The notes beneath the pieces are model-generated. The model was given only the letters and a program-made list of their open reading frames with translations. It did not search any database and was not told the origin of the DNA. Of a stretch of 64,000 nucleotides of DNA, positions 14,788 through 57,447 are shown in pieces. Position numbers and translations under genes: made by a program. Position 1 is the first letter of the stretch; each line of letters begins with the position of its first letter. Source of the stretch: the human T2T-CHM13v2.0 reference genome, Homo sapiens; the NCBI RefSeq assembly GCF_009914755.1, contig NC_060934.1; one strand, 5' to 3'.

Positions 14788-15469
14788 TCAAAAAATTAGC
14801 CAGGAGTTGTGGCACATGCCTGTGGTCCTAACTACTCAGGAGGCTGGGGTGGGAGGATGGCTTGAGCTCAAGAAGTCAAGGCTGCAATGAGCTATGATCA
14901 CGCCACTGCACTTCAGCTTGGGTGACAGAGAAAGACCCTATCTCAATCAATCAATCAACACTAAAAGCACATGTGGCCTTGACCTGAGCACATGTAGTCA
15001 AATTTGACTAAAGTAAGTGCAATATGATAGGATTCTATTGTGTTGTCAAAGTGGGGAAGCTTATCATGTTTTGATGACATCTGCCATTTAAGTCCATTTT
15101 GCTGACTCTCCTTGTTTTGGCTCCCTGGTCACCAAGGAGCTTTCTGATTACAATTTGGTTTCCCAAACAGATATGCAAATGCTGTTTGGGAAATCAGAGA
15201 ATAGGTTAGATCAGAGAAAATGCTCTGATCTAATCTATTCTGTGGTTATATTTCTCATTGTAAAATAACAAATTGGTGTTTTGGCTTTATACGTCAGTCT
15301 CTATGTGCTAGGTTAATGTGAGTCTGCCCCTGAAAGATAGATTTATTCTTGGTGCACTTACATAATAGGGCTTTTGAGACTGTACCCCTAATCCCCTGGG
15401 CTGTGATAAGTTTACCCATGTAATGTCATCCTAGAGGGAACCATCTGAGTGGCCTGAAAACCTTCCCCA

Positions 15470-15840
15470 GGCACAGCAATTACATTTACTGTACACAGAA
15501 TAGATCCATGAGCTCTCACATTTCTCAGCTCTTTGGCTGTTAGATGGAGATATGTGACCAGTTCTGGCCAAAGGCTGTGAACAGAATTGACACCTATCAC
15601 TTCTGAGCCAAAGCACAGGAAGGTGTCCATACACTCTTTCCTCCTGCTGCCACAACCACAGAGACCACATGTTGAGATGGCAGAATGAAAAATCAGCCTG
15701 AGCCACTGCATGATCACAAGGAACAGTACCCCTCCTGGCCTGTACTAGACACTGAGGTCAAATAAAATGTTTGTTATTTTAAGCCACTGTGATTTTGTAG
15801 ATATTTTGTGCTTTAGCATAACCTAGTCTAATTCAATACA
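15470..15840 (+). mobile_element. Old MLT1-type LTR remnant
   Basis: ATGTGACCAGTTCTGGCCAAAGG..TTTAAGCCACTGTGATTTTG..AGCATAACCTAGTCTAATTCAATACA. Confidence 0.65.
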
Positions 15841-15910
15841 CCAGAGATGGGATGCCAACTTTACTGGGAGCACTCTTTTCAACCAATAGCAACATTAAAC
15901 TTGAAAGCAG

Positions 15911-18900
15911 TGATATGGTTTGGCTGTGTCCCCACCCAAATCTCATCTTGAATTGTAGCTCCCATAATTCCCACAACTTGCGTGAGGGACCTGGTGGGAG
16001 ATAATTGAATCATGGGGGCGGTTTCCCCCATACTGTTCTCATGATAGTGAATAAGTCTCATGAGATCTGCTGGTTTTATAAGGGGTTTCTCCTTTTGCTT
16101 GGCTCTCATTCACTCTTGCCTGCCACCATGTAAGACATGCCTTTCACCTTCTGCCATAATTGTGAGGCCTCCCCAGCCATATGGAACTGAGTCCATTAAA
16201 CCTCTTTTTCTTTATAAATTATCCAGTCTCAGGTATGCCTTTATCAGCAGCATGAAAATGGACTAATACAGTAAATTGGTACTGGGAGTGGGGCACTGCT
16301 GTAAAGATACCCAATAATGTGGAAGCAACTTTGAAACTGGGTAACAGGCAGAGGTTGGAACAGTTTGGAGGGCTCAAAAGAAGATAGGAAAATGTGGAAA
16401 GTTTGGAACTTCCTACAGATTTGTTGAACAGCTTTGACCAAAATGCTGATAATGATATGGACAATGAAATCCAGGCTGAGGTGGTCTCAGATGGGAATGA
16501 GGAACTTGTTGGGAACTGGAGTAAAGGTGACTCTTGCTATATTTTAGCAAAGAGAATGGCAGCATTTTGCCCCTGCCCTAGAGATCTATGGAACTTTTAA
16601 CTTGAAGGAGATGATTTAGAGTATCTGGCCAAAACAATTTCTAAGCAGCAAAGCATTCAAGATGTGACTTGGGTGCTGTTAAAAGCATTCAGTTTTAAAA
16701 GGGAAACAAAGCATAAAAGTTCAAAAAATTTGCAGTCTGAGGATGCGATAGAAAAGAAAAACCCATTTTCTGAGGAGAAATTCAAGCCAGCTGCAGAAAT
16801 TTGCATAAATAACAAGTAGACAAATGTTTATCACCAACACAATGGGAAAAATGTCTCCAGGGCATGTCAGAGATCTTTGTGGCAGCCCCTCCCACTATAG
16901 GCCCAAAGTCCTAGGAAAAAAAATGGTTTTGTGGGCCAGGTCCAGGACCCTCCTGCTGTGTGCAACCTAGGGACTTGGTGCCCCACATCCCAGCTGCTCT
17001 AGCCATGGCTAAAAGGGGCCAAGGTATAGCTCAGGCCATTGCTTCAGAGTGTGCAAGTCCCAAGCCTTGGCAGCTTCCACATGGTGTTGAGCCTGCGGGA
17101 GCACAGAAGTCAAGAACTGAGGTTTGGGAACCTCTGCCTAGATTTCAGAGGATGTATGGAAATGCCTGGTTGTCCAGGCAGAAGTGTGCTGCAGGGATGG
17201 AGCCCTCATGGAGAACCTCTGCTAAGGCAGTGCGGAAGGGAAATGTGGGGTGCAAGCCCCCACAAAGAGTCCCCACTGGGGCACTGCCTAGTGGAGCTAT
17301 GAGAGGAGGGCCACTGTCCTCCAGACCCCATAATGGTAGATCAACCAACAGCTTGCACCATGCACCTGGAAAATCCACAAACACTCAACATCAGCCTGTG
17401 AAAGCAGCCATAAGGGGGGCTATACCCTGCAAAGCCACAGGGGTAGAGCTGCCCAAGGCTGTGGAAGCCCATCTGTTGCATCAGCGTGGCCTGGATTGAG
17501 ACATGGAGTCAAAAGATATCATTTTGGAGCTTTAAGATTTGACTGCCCCAGTGGATTTCAGATTTGCATGGGGCCTGTATGTAACCACTTTGTTTTGGCC
17601 AATTTCTCCCATTTGGAACAGTTGTATTTACCCAATGCCTGCACCTCCATCGTATGTAGGAAGTAACTAACTTGCTTTTGATTTTACAGGCTCATAAGTG
17701 GAAGGGACTTGACTTGTCTCAGATGAGACTTTGGACTGTGGACTTTTGAGTTAATGCTGAAATGAGTTAAAACTTTGGGAGATTGTTGGGAAGGCATGAT
17801 TGGTTTTGAAATGTGAAAACATAAGATTTGGGAGGGACCAAGAAGGGAATTATATGGTTTGCCTGTGTCCCCACCCAAATCTCACCTTGAATTGTAGCTC
17901 CCATAATTCCCACATGTTATAGGAGGAACCTGGTGGTGGGAGATAATTGAATCATGGGGGCAGTTTCCCCCATACTGTTCTTGTGGTATTGAATAAGTCT
18001 TACAAGATCTGCTGGTTTTATAAGGGGTTTCTCCCTTTTGCTTGGCTCTCATTCTCTCTTGCCTGCCACCACGTAAGACATGCCTTTCACCTTCGCCATG
18101 ATCATGAGGCCTCCCCAGCCATGTGAAACTGTGAGTCCACTAAACTCTTTTTCTTTATAAATTACCTAGTCTCGGCGCACGCAGCTCGCGCCCAGCGCTC
18201 TCCAGCCGGGGTGGTGGCGGCAGCAGCAGCGGCGGGGGAGGGGTGCGGCGGGGGAGGGGTGCGGCGGAGGAGGGGAGGAGGCCTGGCCCCGCGGTCGCAG
18301 CCGCCACCGCCCACCCCGACCTCCCGGACCGCCGCGGGGCCATGGGCCTGAGCCCCGGATTCGCGCTCCGGATTCGCCTCGGCTCGGCCGCGCGTATATT
18401 TGCCTTCCCTCCATGATCTCCAACACTATCCAATAAAGTAGAAGCAACTGAGGTACCATGAAAGAGAAAGAAGCTGGAACTGAGGAAAAGCAGAGGCTGG
18501 AGTGCAGTGGCGTGATCTTGGCTCACTACAACCTCCATCTCCCAGCCGCCTGCCTTGGCCTCCCAAAGTGCCGAGATTGCAGCCCCTGCCCGGCCGCCAC
18601 CCCGTCTGGAAAGAAGTGAGGAGCATCTCTGCCCGGCCGCCCATCGTCTGAGATGTGGGGTGCACCTCTGCCCCGCCACCCCGTCTGGGATGTGAGGAGC
18701 GCCTCTGCCCGGCTGCGACCCCGTCTGGGAGGTGAGGAGCGTCTCTGCCCGGCCGCCCTGTCTGAGAAGTGAGGAGCCCCTCCGGCCGGCAGCCACCCCG
18801 TCTGGGAAGTGAGGAGCGTCTCCGCCCGGCAGCCGCCCCGTCCGGGAGGGAGGTGGGGGGACAGCCCCCGCCCGGCCAGCCGCCCCGTCCGGGAGGGAGG

Positions 18901-19526
18901 TGGGGGGTGCCTCTGCCCGGCCGCCACCCCGTCTGGGAGGTGTACCCAACAGCTCATTGAGAACGGGCCATGATGACGATGGCAGTTTTGTTGAATAGAA
19001 AAGGGGGAAATGTGGGGAAAAGATAGAGAAATCAGATTGATGCTGTGTCTGTGTAGAAAGAAGTAGACATAGGGGACTCCATTTTGTTCTGTACTAAGAA
19101 AAATTCTTCTGCCTTGGGATGCTGTTATCTATGACCTTACCCCCAACCCGGTGCTCTCTGAAACATGTGCTGTGTCCACTTAGGGTTAAATGGATTAAGG
19201 GCGGTGCAAGATGTGCTTTGTTAAACAGATGCTTGAAGGCAGCATGCTCGTTAAGAGTCATCACCACTCCTTAATCTCAAGTACCCAGGGACACAAACAC
19301 TGTGGAAGGCCCCAGGGTCCTCTGCCTAGGAAAACCAGAGAGCTTTGTTTACTTGTTTATCTGCTGATCTTCCCTCCACTATTGTCCTATGACCCTGCCA
19401 AATCCCCCTCTGCGAGAAACACCCAAGAATGATCAATAAATAAATAAATAAGAAAAAATAAATAAATAAATAAATTACCTAGTCTCAGGTATGTCTTTAT
19501 CAGCAGCGTGAAAATGGACTAATACA
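15911..19526 (+). mobile_element. Full-length THE1 (MaLR) provirus: 5' LTR 15911-16270, internal 16271-17849, 3' LTR 17850-19526 interrupted by an SVA
   Basis: Both LTRs start T(G/T)ATATGGTTTG..TGTGTCCCCACCCAAATCTCA and end GGACTAATACA; the internal region starts GTAAATTGGTAC; purine tract before the 3' LTR; 5-bp target duplication AGCAG (15906-15910) / AGCGG (19527-19531). Confidence 0.95.
18174..19469 (+). mobile_element. SVA retrotransposon with a heterologous 5' leader (18174-18495), partial Alu-like domain from 18496, short VNTR (about 18580-18940), SINE-R (about 18940-19440) and (TAAA)n-patterned tail
   Basis: VNTR units CCCCGTCTGGGAxGTGAGGAGCG; SINE-R TGTACCCAACAGCTCATTGAGAAC..CACCCAAGAATGATCAATAAA; perfect 17-bp target duplication ATAAATTACCTAGTCTC at 18157-18173 and 19470-19486; no CCCTCT hexamer. 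Confidence 0.95.
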
Positions 19527-20394
19527 AGCGGAAACATAGCTCCCTCTGCACTCACCTCTGGCCATTCTCAGTAAGATCAGGTAGGCAAGAGGTGGGCAGA
19601 GGTGGAAGAGGCAGGAACAAACCTATCTGGAAGTAGGGCTCTCAAACCTGCCCTGCTCATATCAGCAGATAACTCACTGTACAGCGTATACCCTAGAGGC
19701 TCTTTGCTCTTGCTACCCAGAGATGTCACTTTTTATATTTGTATAAAAACATGAAAAGCTGGCCAGGCACAGTGGCTCATGCCTGTAATGCCAATGATTT
19801 GGGAGGCCAAGGCAGGAGGATCACTTGAAGCCAAGAGTTCAAGACCACCCTGGGCAACATAACAGGACCCTGTCTCTACAAAAAATTCAAAAATTAGCTG
19901 GGCATGGAGGCACATGCCTGTAGTCCTAGCTACTCAGGAGGCTGGGGTGGGAGGATCACTTGAGCCCAGGAGTTTGAGGCTGCGATGAGCTATGATCACC
20001 CCACTGCACTCCAGCCTGGGCAACAAGCAAGGGCAAAAGAGCAAGACCTTTTCTCTTAAAAACAAAGAAACAAACAAACATTAAAAAGCTGCATAGTGAC
20101 AAAGAAGCCAAAATAAGAAGAGTCAGCAAAATGGCAAAATGGACTTAAATTGTAGACGTCATCAAGACATGATAAGCTTCCCCACTTGGTGAATTAAAAT
20201 CCCATCATACTGTATTTAATTTAGTAGAATTTGACTACACATGCACAGTCAAGACCAAATGTGATTTTACTGTTTATTTATTTATTTTTAGACAGTCTCG
20301 CTCTGTCGCCCAGGCTGGAGTGCAGGGTGCAATCTTGGCTCGCTAAAACTTCTGCCTCCTGGGTTCAAGTGATTCTCCTGCCTCAGCCTCCTGA

Positions 20395-20568
<174 letters not shown>

Positions 20569-20987
20569 TAGTGTTTAAATATGTTTATTTTTATATAAAT
20601 GTAGGCATATTTATATAAAGATAAATAGATGTTTTGTTTATTCAGGTGTGCTTGTCCTGTCCCAGTCCCTGCTTCTCTGGTGGCTACTTCCCACACACAT
20701 GTGCACTGCAGCCCCTGAGTCCATTTTCAGCAGGCTGAGGAAACACAGTAAACATAATCAGTGTTCTTACATAAACAGCCTATGTATGGAAAAAAACATA
20801 ATCAGTATTCTGACTATTTGGACTCAACTATCCATTGGACAATTTCAAACAAAAATCACACAAGTGAATATGTGGTTTGAAAATATAGGATGAGGCCAGG
20901 CGCGGTGGCTCACGCCTGTAATCCCAGCACTTTGGGAGGCCGAGGTAGGCGGATCACGAGGTCAGGAGATCGAGACCATCCCGGCTA

Positions 20988-21212
<225 letters not shown>

Positions 21213-21270
21213 TCAAGTCAGGTGCTACAAATAACAACTTTCATGTGAAAAGGAATCCAGAGTTATGTCA

Positions 21271-21597
<327 letters not shown>

Positions 21598-21829
21598 TTA
21601 GCATACATTTGAAAGATCAGATTCAGATCTGATCAAATTCAGGCCCTCTCAACTGTACATTTATATAAACTTATTCATATAGTTCAGTCTCAGGTTTGGA
21701 AAATCCAAAATTGGGGGAAAACCCTCTGGTGATTCTCGCCCTTGGTATCATGACCCGTGGGTGTGTTGTGATGAGTTGTGAGGTCTTCTGGGGGGCGGTG
21801 GGGCACTGGTTACTCAGTAAGTTAAGGCA

Positions 21830-46055
<24,226 letters not shown>

Positions 46056-46623
46056 TTTCCTTGCAAGCTGTTTTTGCAAGTTCTCAAAATTGCTGGTAGC
46101 CTGCTTTACGTCTTCTTCTTGGAAAAGGAAATCAAAAAGTTAATGTTTTACTTGGTGTCCAGACGCAAAGAACAGTTCCCAGATACAAAGTCAAGCAATT
46201 ATTCAAAGATACTACATTTAAAGATATATAATCCCCTAACTTCTTTTTTCATTTTTTGAGATGGAGTCTTGCTCTGTTGCCCAGGCGGGAGTGCAGTGGC
46301 ACCGATCTCGGCTCACTGTAACCTCCGCCTCCCCGGTTCAAGCGATTTTCCTGCCTCAGCCTCTTGAGTAGCTGGAATTACAGGCACCTGCCACCACGCC
46401 TGGCTAATTTCTGTGTTTTTAGTAGCGTCAGGTTTTCACGGTGTAGGCCAGGCTGGTCTCGAACTCCTGACCTCAGGTGATCTGCCCTCCTCAGCCTCAA
46501 AAAGTGCTGAGATTATAGGCATGAGCCACTGTGCCTGGCCAATCCCCTAACTTTTTAAAACCTCTAAAATGAAATTCATTTTAAAATACTGGCTAAATTG
46601 ATTTTTTCCATATTCTGTATTGA

Positions 46624-46915
<292 letters not shown>

Positions 46916-47688
46916 TAGCCAGGATGGTCTCGATCTCCTGACCTTGTGATCCACCCGCCTCGGCCTCCCAAAGTGCTGGGATTACAGGCATGAGCCACCG
47001 CACCCGGCCGCTTAAGCTCTGCTTTTAATGAAATGCATGAAACATACAAGAGGCATGTATGTTGCTTACAGTCTCCCAATGAATATTATTACTATTTTTT
47101 AAAAGAACGCATTTTTTCTAATTAAAAAATATGCTCATTATAAAAAACTTGGAAAATAAAGACCCATAAGTGCACAAATTAGCAATAACATTATTAATGT
47201 TCTGGATGTACAGCTTTTATCAGAATTTTACCCTCTTAACAGTAAATTGGCCCTCTGTATTCACAGAGGATAGATCCCAGGACCCCCTGAGGACACCATA
47301 CTCCCACAGATGCTCAAGTCCCTTATATAAAATAGCGTAATTCAAGGGACATTCCAATACAATTGGAAAACACTGTATAGCATGAATATTTTCTAAACAC
47401 ACCAAATGCTTCAAAAACACCCTTTTAATAGATTTACAATACGTTTATGGATATGCTATAAGTTGTTTAACCATATCCCTTTGGGTGAATATTTAAGTTG
47501 TTTCTAATTTTTCACTTGTAAAGATAATGCAGTGATCAAACCTGTTAAATGTAAATTTTCTTCTGTGTTCCTGATTCTTTTATATATATTCCTAAAAGTG
47601 AAATCCCTGGGTCAAAGAGTACAGATGTTTTAACTTAAACAGTTAAATTTATCTGCAGAAAAAGTATACCAATTTAGACAGTATATGA

Positions 47689-48000
<312 letters not shown>

Positions 48001-48055
48001 TAGGCCTCCCAAAGAGCTGGGATTGCAGGCATGCCCCACTGCACCTGACCTGCAT

Positions 48056-48056
<1 letters not shown>

Positions 48057-48105
<49 letters not shown>

Positions 48106-48116
48106 TGTGTGTGTGT
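48057..48116 (+). repeat. (TG)n microsatellite
   Basis: TG run with one interruption. Confidence 0.98.
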
Positions 48117-48461
48117 TGAGACCATTCTCTTGAATTTTAATCTTGGTTCCATTTACCACGTAAATGTAGGAAAATCAGAAAGCTTCCTTGTCCAAATAGC
48201 TTAGTCATTAAACCTGCCCATGGATGTGCCTGGGGAGAGTGATGTATATTTGTCCCTCTGTAATAGTCTTAGTTTGTTTACAGTTTTCCTGTCACTGCAG
48301 ATTCCTGTTATTCTGTAGCTGTTAGCACAAAAGAACCCACTTCATGGCCTGGTGCAGTGGCTCACGCCTGTAATTCAGCACTTTGGGAGGCCAAGGCAGG
48401 CAGATCACTTGAGGTCAGGAGTTTGAGACCACCCTGGCCAACGTGGTGAAACCCATCTCTA

Positions 48462-48701
<240 letters not shown>

Positions 48702-48984
48702 CTACTCATTAATAAATATCAGTTTAGTTCTTTGAAAAAAATAAATATTGGCCAGGTGTGGTGGCTCACGTCTGTAATCCTAGCACTTTGGGAGGCCGAG
48801 GCAGGCAGATCACGAGGTCAGGAGATCGAGACCATCCTGGCCAACATGGTGAAACCCTGCCTCTACTAAAAATACAAAAATCAGCTGGGCATGGTGGCAC
48901 ATGCCTGTAATCCCAGCTACTAGGGAGGCTGAGGCAGGAGAATCGCTTGGACACAGAGTCAGAGGTTGTGGTGAGCCGAGATCA

Positions 48985-49459
<475 letters not shown>

Positions 49460-49519
49460 TTATAAAGTGTAAATAAAATAAGTTTTAAATCAAAATTTGA
49501 AAGAAAATTTTTCTTTTTA

Positions 49520-52600
<3,081 letters not shown>

Positions 52601-53148
52601 GAAAACTAACCTCTAAATTAGTTTCATCTAGCTACTAATATAGATCTATTCAAATACGACATATGTAGTGTTCAACTACTTTGTGTTTACTTTTATGCAT
52701 ACTTCCCGGATGTCACAGAAGCTCCAAACACCGCCTTTGTTAAAATGTTCATAGGCTAGTTCTGAATTCCTCAACCAGATTTATGTTCAAACACCTGATG
52801 TTTGGGAATTTTTTCACTTTTCTGCTAAAATTTAGGATTCTCATATTATCATCATGATTTACCATTTACCAAACAAATTTTATGAAAACACTTTGGTGTT
52901 AAGATCCACATTCTTGCTCCTCAAAAGCTCAAGGGCCTGGAAGGGACTTCAGAAAATAGATTATAAATTGATATTAAGATGCTTTCTAAATAAGAAAACA
53001 TAGTTCAGTACTTTGCAGTGGTAAAACCTTTACCATATGCCAGAAAAAGACAACAACAACAACAAAAAAACCCTTTTCCATATGCCAAAAATTGTTTAGG
53101 TTCTTTCTGCTGCTCTGTTAAGGAAGCTGTACTTGACAATCCAATTGA

Positions 53149-53493
<345 letters not shown>

Positions 53494-53735
53494 TAGCCTA
53501 AATTTAGAATTTTCAGTTTCACAGTTAAAGACTTAAGAATCTGTTTATAAGCACTGGTGGAGTTTTGCTCTATCTTGAAATTAATGGGGAAAACTTGGTC
53601 CACATATTCTTTACGAAAAGATATTACCTATCACTCTTGCCCTAGTTGATACTCTCTCCCCAGCTACATGATAGCTTTGAGAACCACCATCCTGCAATCA
53701 CCTGATAGCTACTAGAAGGGACAGGATGTGGTTGA

Positions 53736-54402
<667 letters not shown>

Positions 54403-54700
54403 TAATAGCACCATGGCTGTCTGAGTCAGTGGATAATAGCTAAGGCAAATGATAGGCTAATCAAAAGTTGATAAGGAATAGCAAGGGAATGAGATGTCCA
54501 GAAAGGGTTTTGAAAAGCTCTGATGACCAGGCATGGTGGCTTGTGCCTGTAATCCCAGCACTCTGGGAGGCCTAGAAGGGTGGTTGACTTGAGGTCAGGA
54601 GTTCAAGACCAGCCTGGCCAACATGGTGAAACCCTGTCTCTACTAAAAATACAAAAATCAGCTGAGCATGGTGGTGTGTGCCTGTTATCCCAGCTACTCA

Positions 54701-54931
<231 letters not shown>

Positions 54932-55895
54932 TCACCTCTGACTGAGACCTAGGGGTTTTGTGCAAGCAGAAAGTGAAAGGTAAGGCAGAGTTACTACCTG
55001 TCTGGCTGAGTGTCAAGGGTGTGCCCCAGCATGTACAACTGAGTCCATCAGCAAAGACTGAGAGACATATTGACTCCAGGAACGTAAGAAAATCTCTGTC
55101 TAATAATTAGCTGATGCTAAGCTAACATACCAGTGTCTTCAATGGCCACACACCACAAAGAATACAGACTTGAGAGAAAGTAAAGAAAAGTAACTAAAGA
55201 ACTCACAATAACAAACAATGGTGAAGGGGAGAATCTGATTTCCAGAGGTACCACAGTATATTATCTAAAATTTCCAGATTTCAACAACAAAAAAGAGGTG
55301 TATATAGAAACAAGAAAGTATACCATACAAAGAATAAAGAGTAGTTAATAAAAACTGTCCCTGAGGGAGTCCCAATGTCGGGCTTACTAGACAAGAACAT
55401 TAAATCAGCTGTAGTTAAATATGTTCCAAAAACAAAAGGAAACCAAGTCTAAAAAACTAAAGCAAAGTATGAGAAGCATGTCTCATCAAATAAAGAATAT
55501 TAATAAAGAAATTATTTTTTAAAAGAGAACCAAGTAGAAATTGTAGAGATTGAAAAGTATAACAATGGAAATGAAAAATTAATTAGAGAGGTCCAACAGC
55601 AGGTTTAAGCAAGCAAAAGAAAAGGCCAGTGAACTTGAAAATAGGTTAATTGAGATTATTCAGTTTGAGAAACAGAAAAAGGAATGAAGAAAAATTATAA
55701 GAGCCTCAGAGATCTCTGGGACATCATCAAGTATACCACTATATGCATAATGAGAGTCCTAGAAACAGAAAAGAGAAAGTGGCAGAGAAATTACTCGAAG
55801 AAATAAATGGTCAAAAACTTATCATATTTGATGAAAAACATTAATCTATGCAGCAAAGAAACACAGCAAACTCCAAGTATTATAGAATTAACTCA

Positions 55896-56417
<522 letters not shown>

Positions 56418-57186
56418 CTATGTCTAGCAAAACTATCACTCAAAGCAAAGGTAAAATTAAGATACTTCCAGATAAACAAAAACTTGTTGCTAGAATTTGT
56501 TGCTAGTATTCCTTTTCTGGAGGAAGTATTAGTGGGAGTCCTTCAGGCTAAGATGAAAGGACACTAGACAGTAACTCAAATCAACATAAAAAAACAAAGA
56601 GCAACAAACATACAAATGGCCAATAAGCACATGAATGGGTACTCAAAATCACTAATCATTAGGGAAATGCAAATCCAAACCACAATGAGACATCATCTCA
56701 CACCTTTCAGGATGGCCACTATCAAAAGAACAGAAAATGCCAGGTGTGGTGGCTCACACCTGAAATCCCAGCACTTTGGGAGGCCAAGGAGGGCATCCCC
56801 TGAGGTCAGGAGTTTGAGACGAGCCTGGGCAACATGGTGAAACCCTGTCTCTACCAAAAAAAATTACAAAAATTAGGTGGGCATGGTCATGTGCCTGTAA
56901 TCCCAGCTACTCAAGAGGTTGAGGCACGAGAATCGGTTGAGCCCAGGAGGCAGGGGTTGCAGTGAGCCGAGATCACACCACTGCACTCCAGCCTGGGCAG
57001 TGACAGAATAAGACACTGTCCCATAAAAAACAAACAAACAAAAAAAATGTAGAGATTTGTTGCACAATGATATGAATATACTTATTACTATTGAGCTTAA
57101 CTTCAAAATGGTTAAGAGGGTAAATATAATGTTATGTGATTTTTACCACAATAAAAAAATAAAGTAAGGCCGGGCACGGTGGCTCA

Positions 57187-57447
<261 letters not shown>

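Noticed and set aside
16960-17499. 179-aa ORF
   Set aside because: Lies within THE1 internal sequence; a remnant of the degenerate MaLR ORF, with a non-ATG start.
18174-18495. Assignment to SVA_F1 (MAST2 exon 1 leader)
   Set aside because: As I recall it, that family joins at GAGCAG|CCGCCTGCC and has a different leader; here the join is further upstream at AG|GCTGGAGTG.
18155-18957. 264-aa and 143-aa minus-strand ORFs over the SVA and leader
   Set aside because: Antisense frames of GC-rich VNTR/CpG sequence are stop-poor; low complexity and no recognisable domain.
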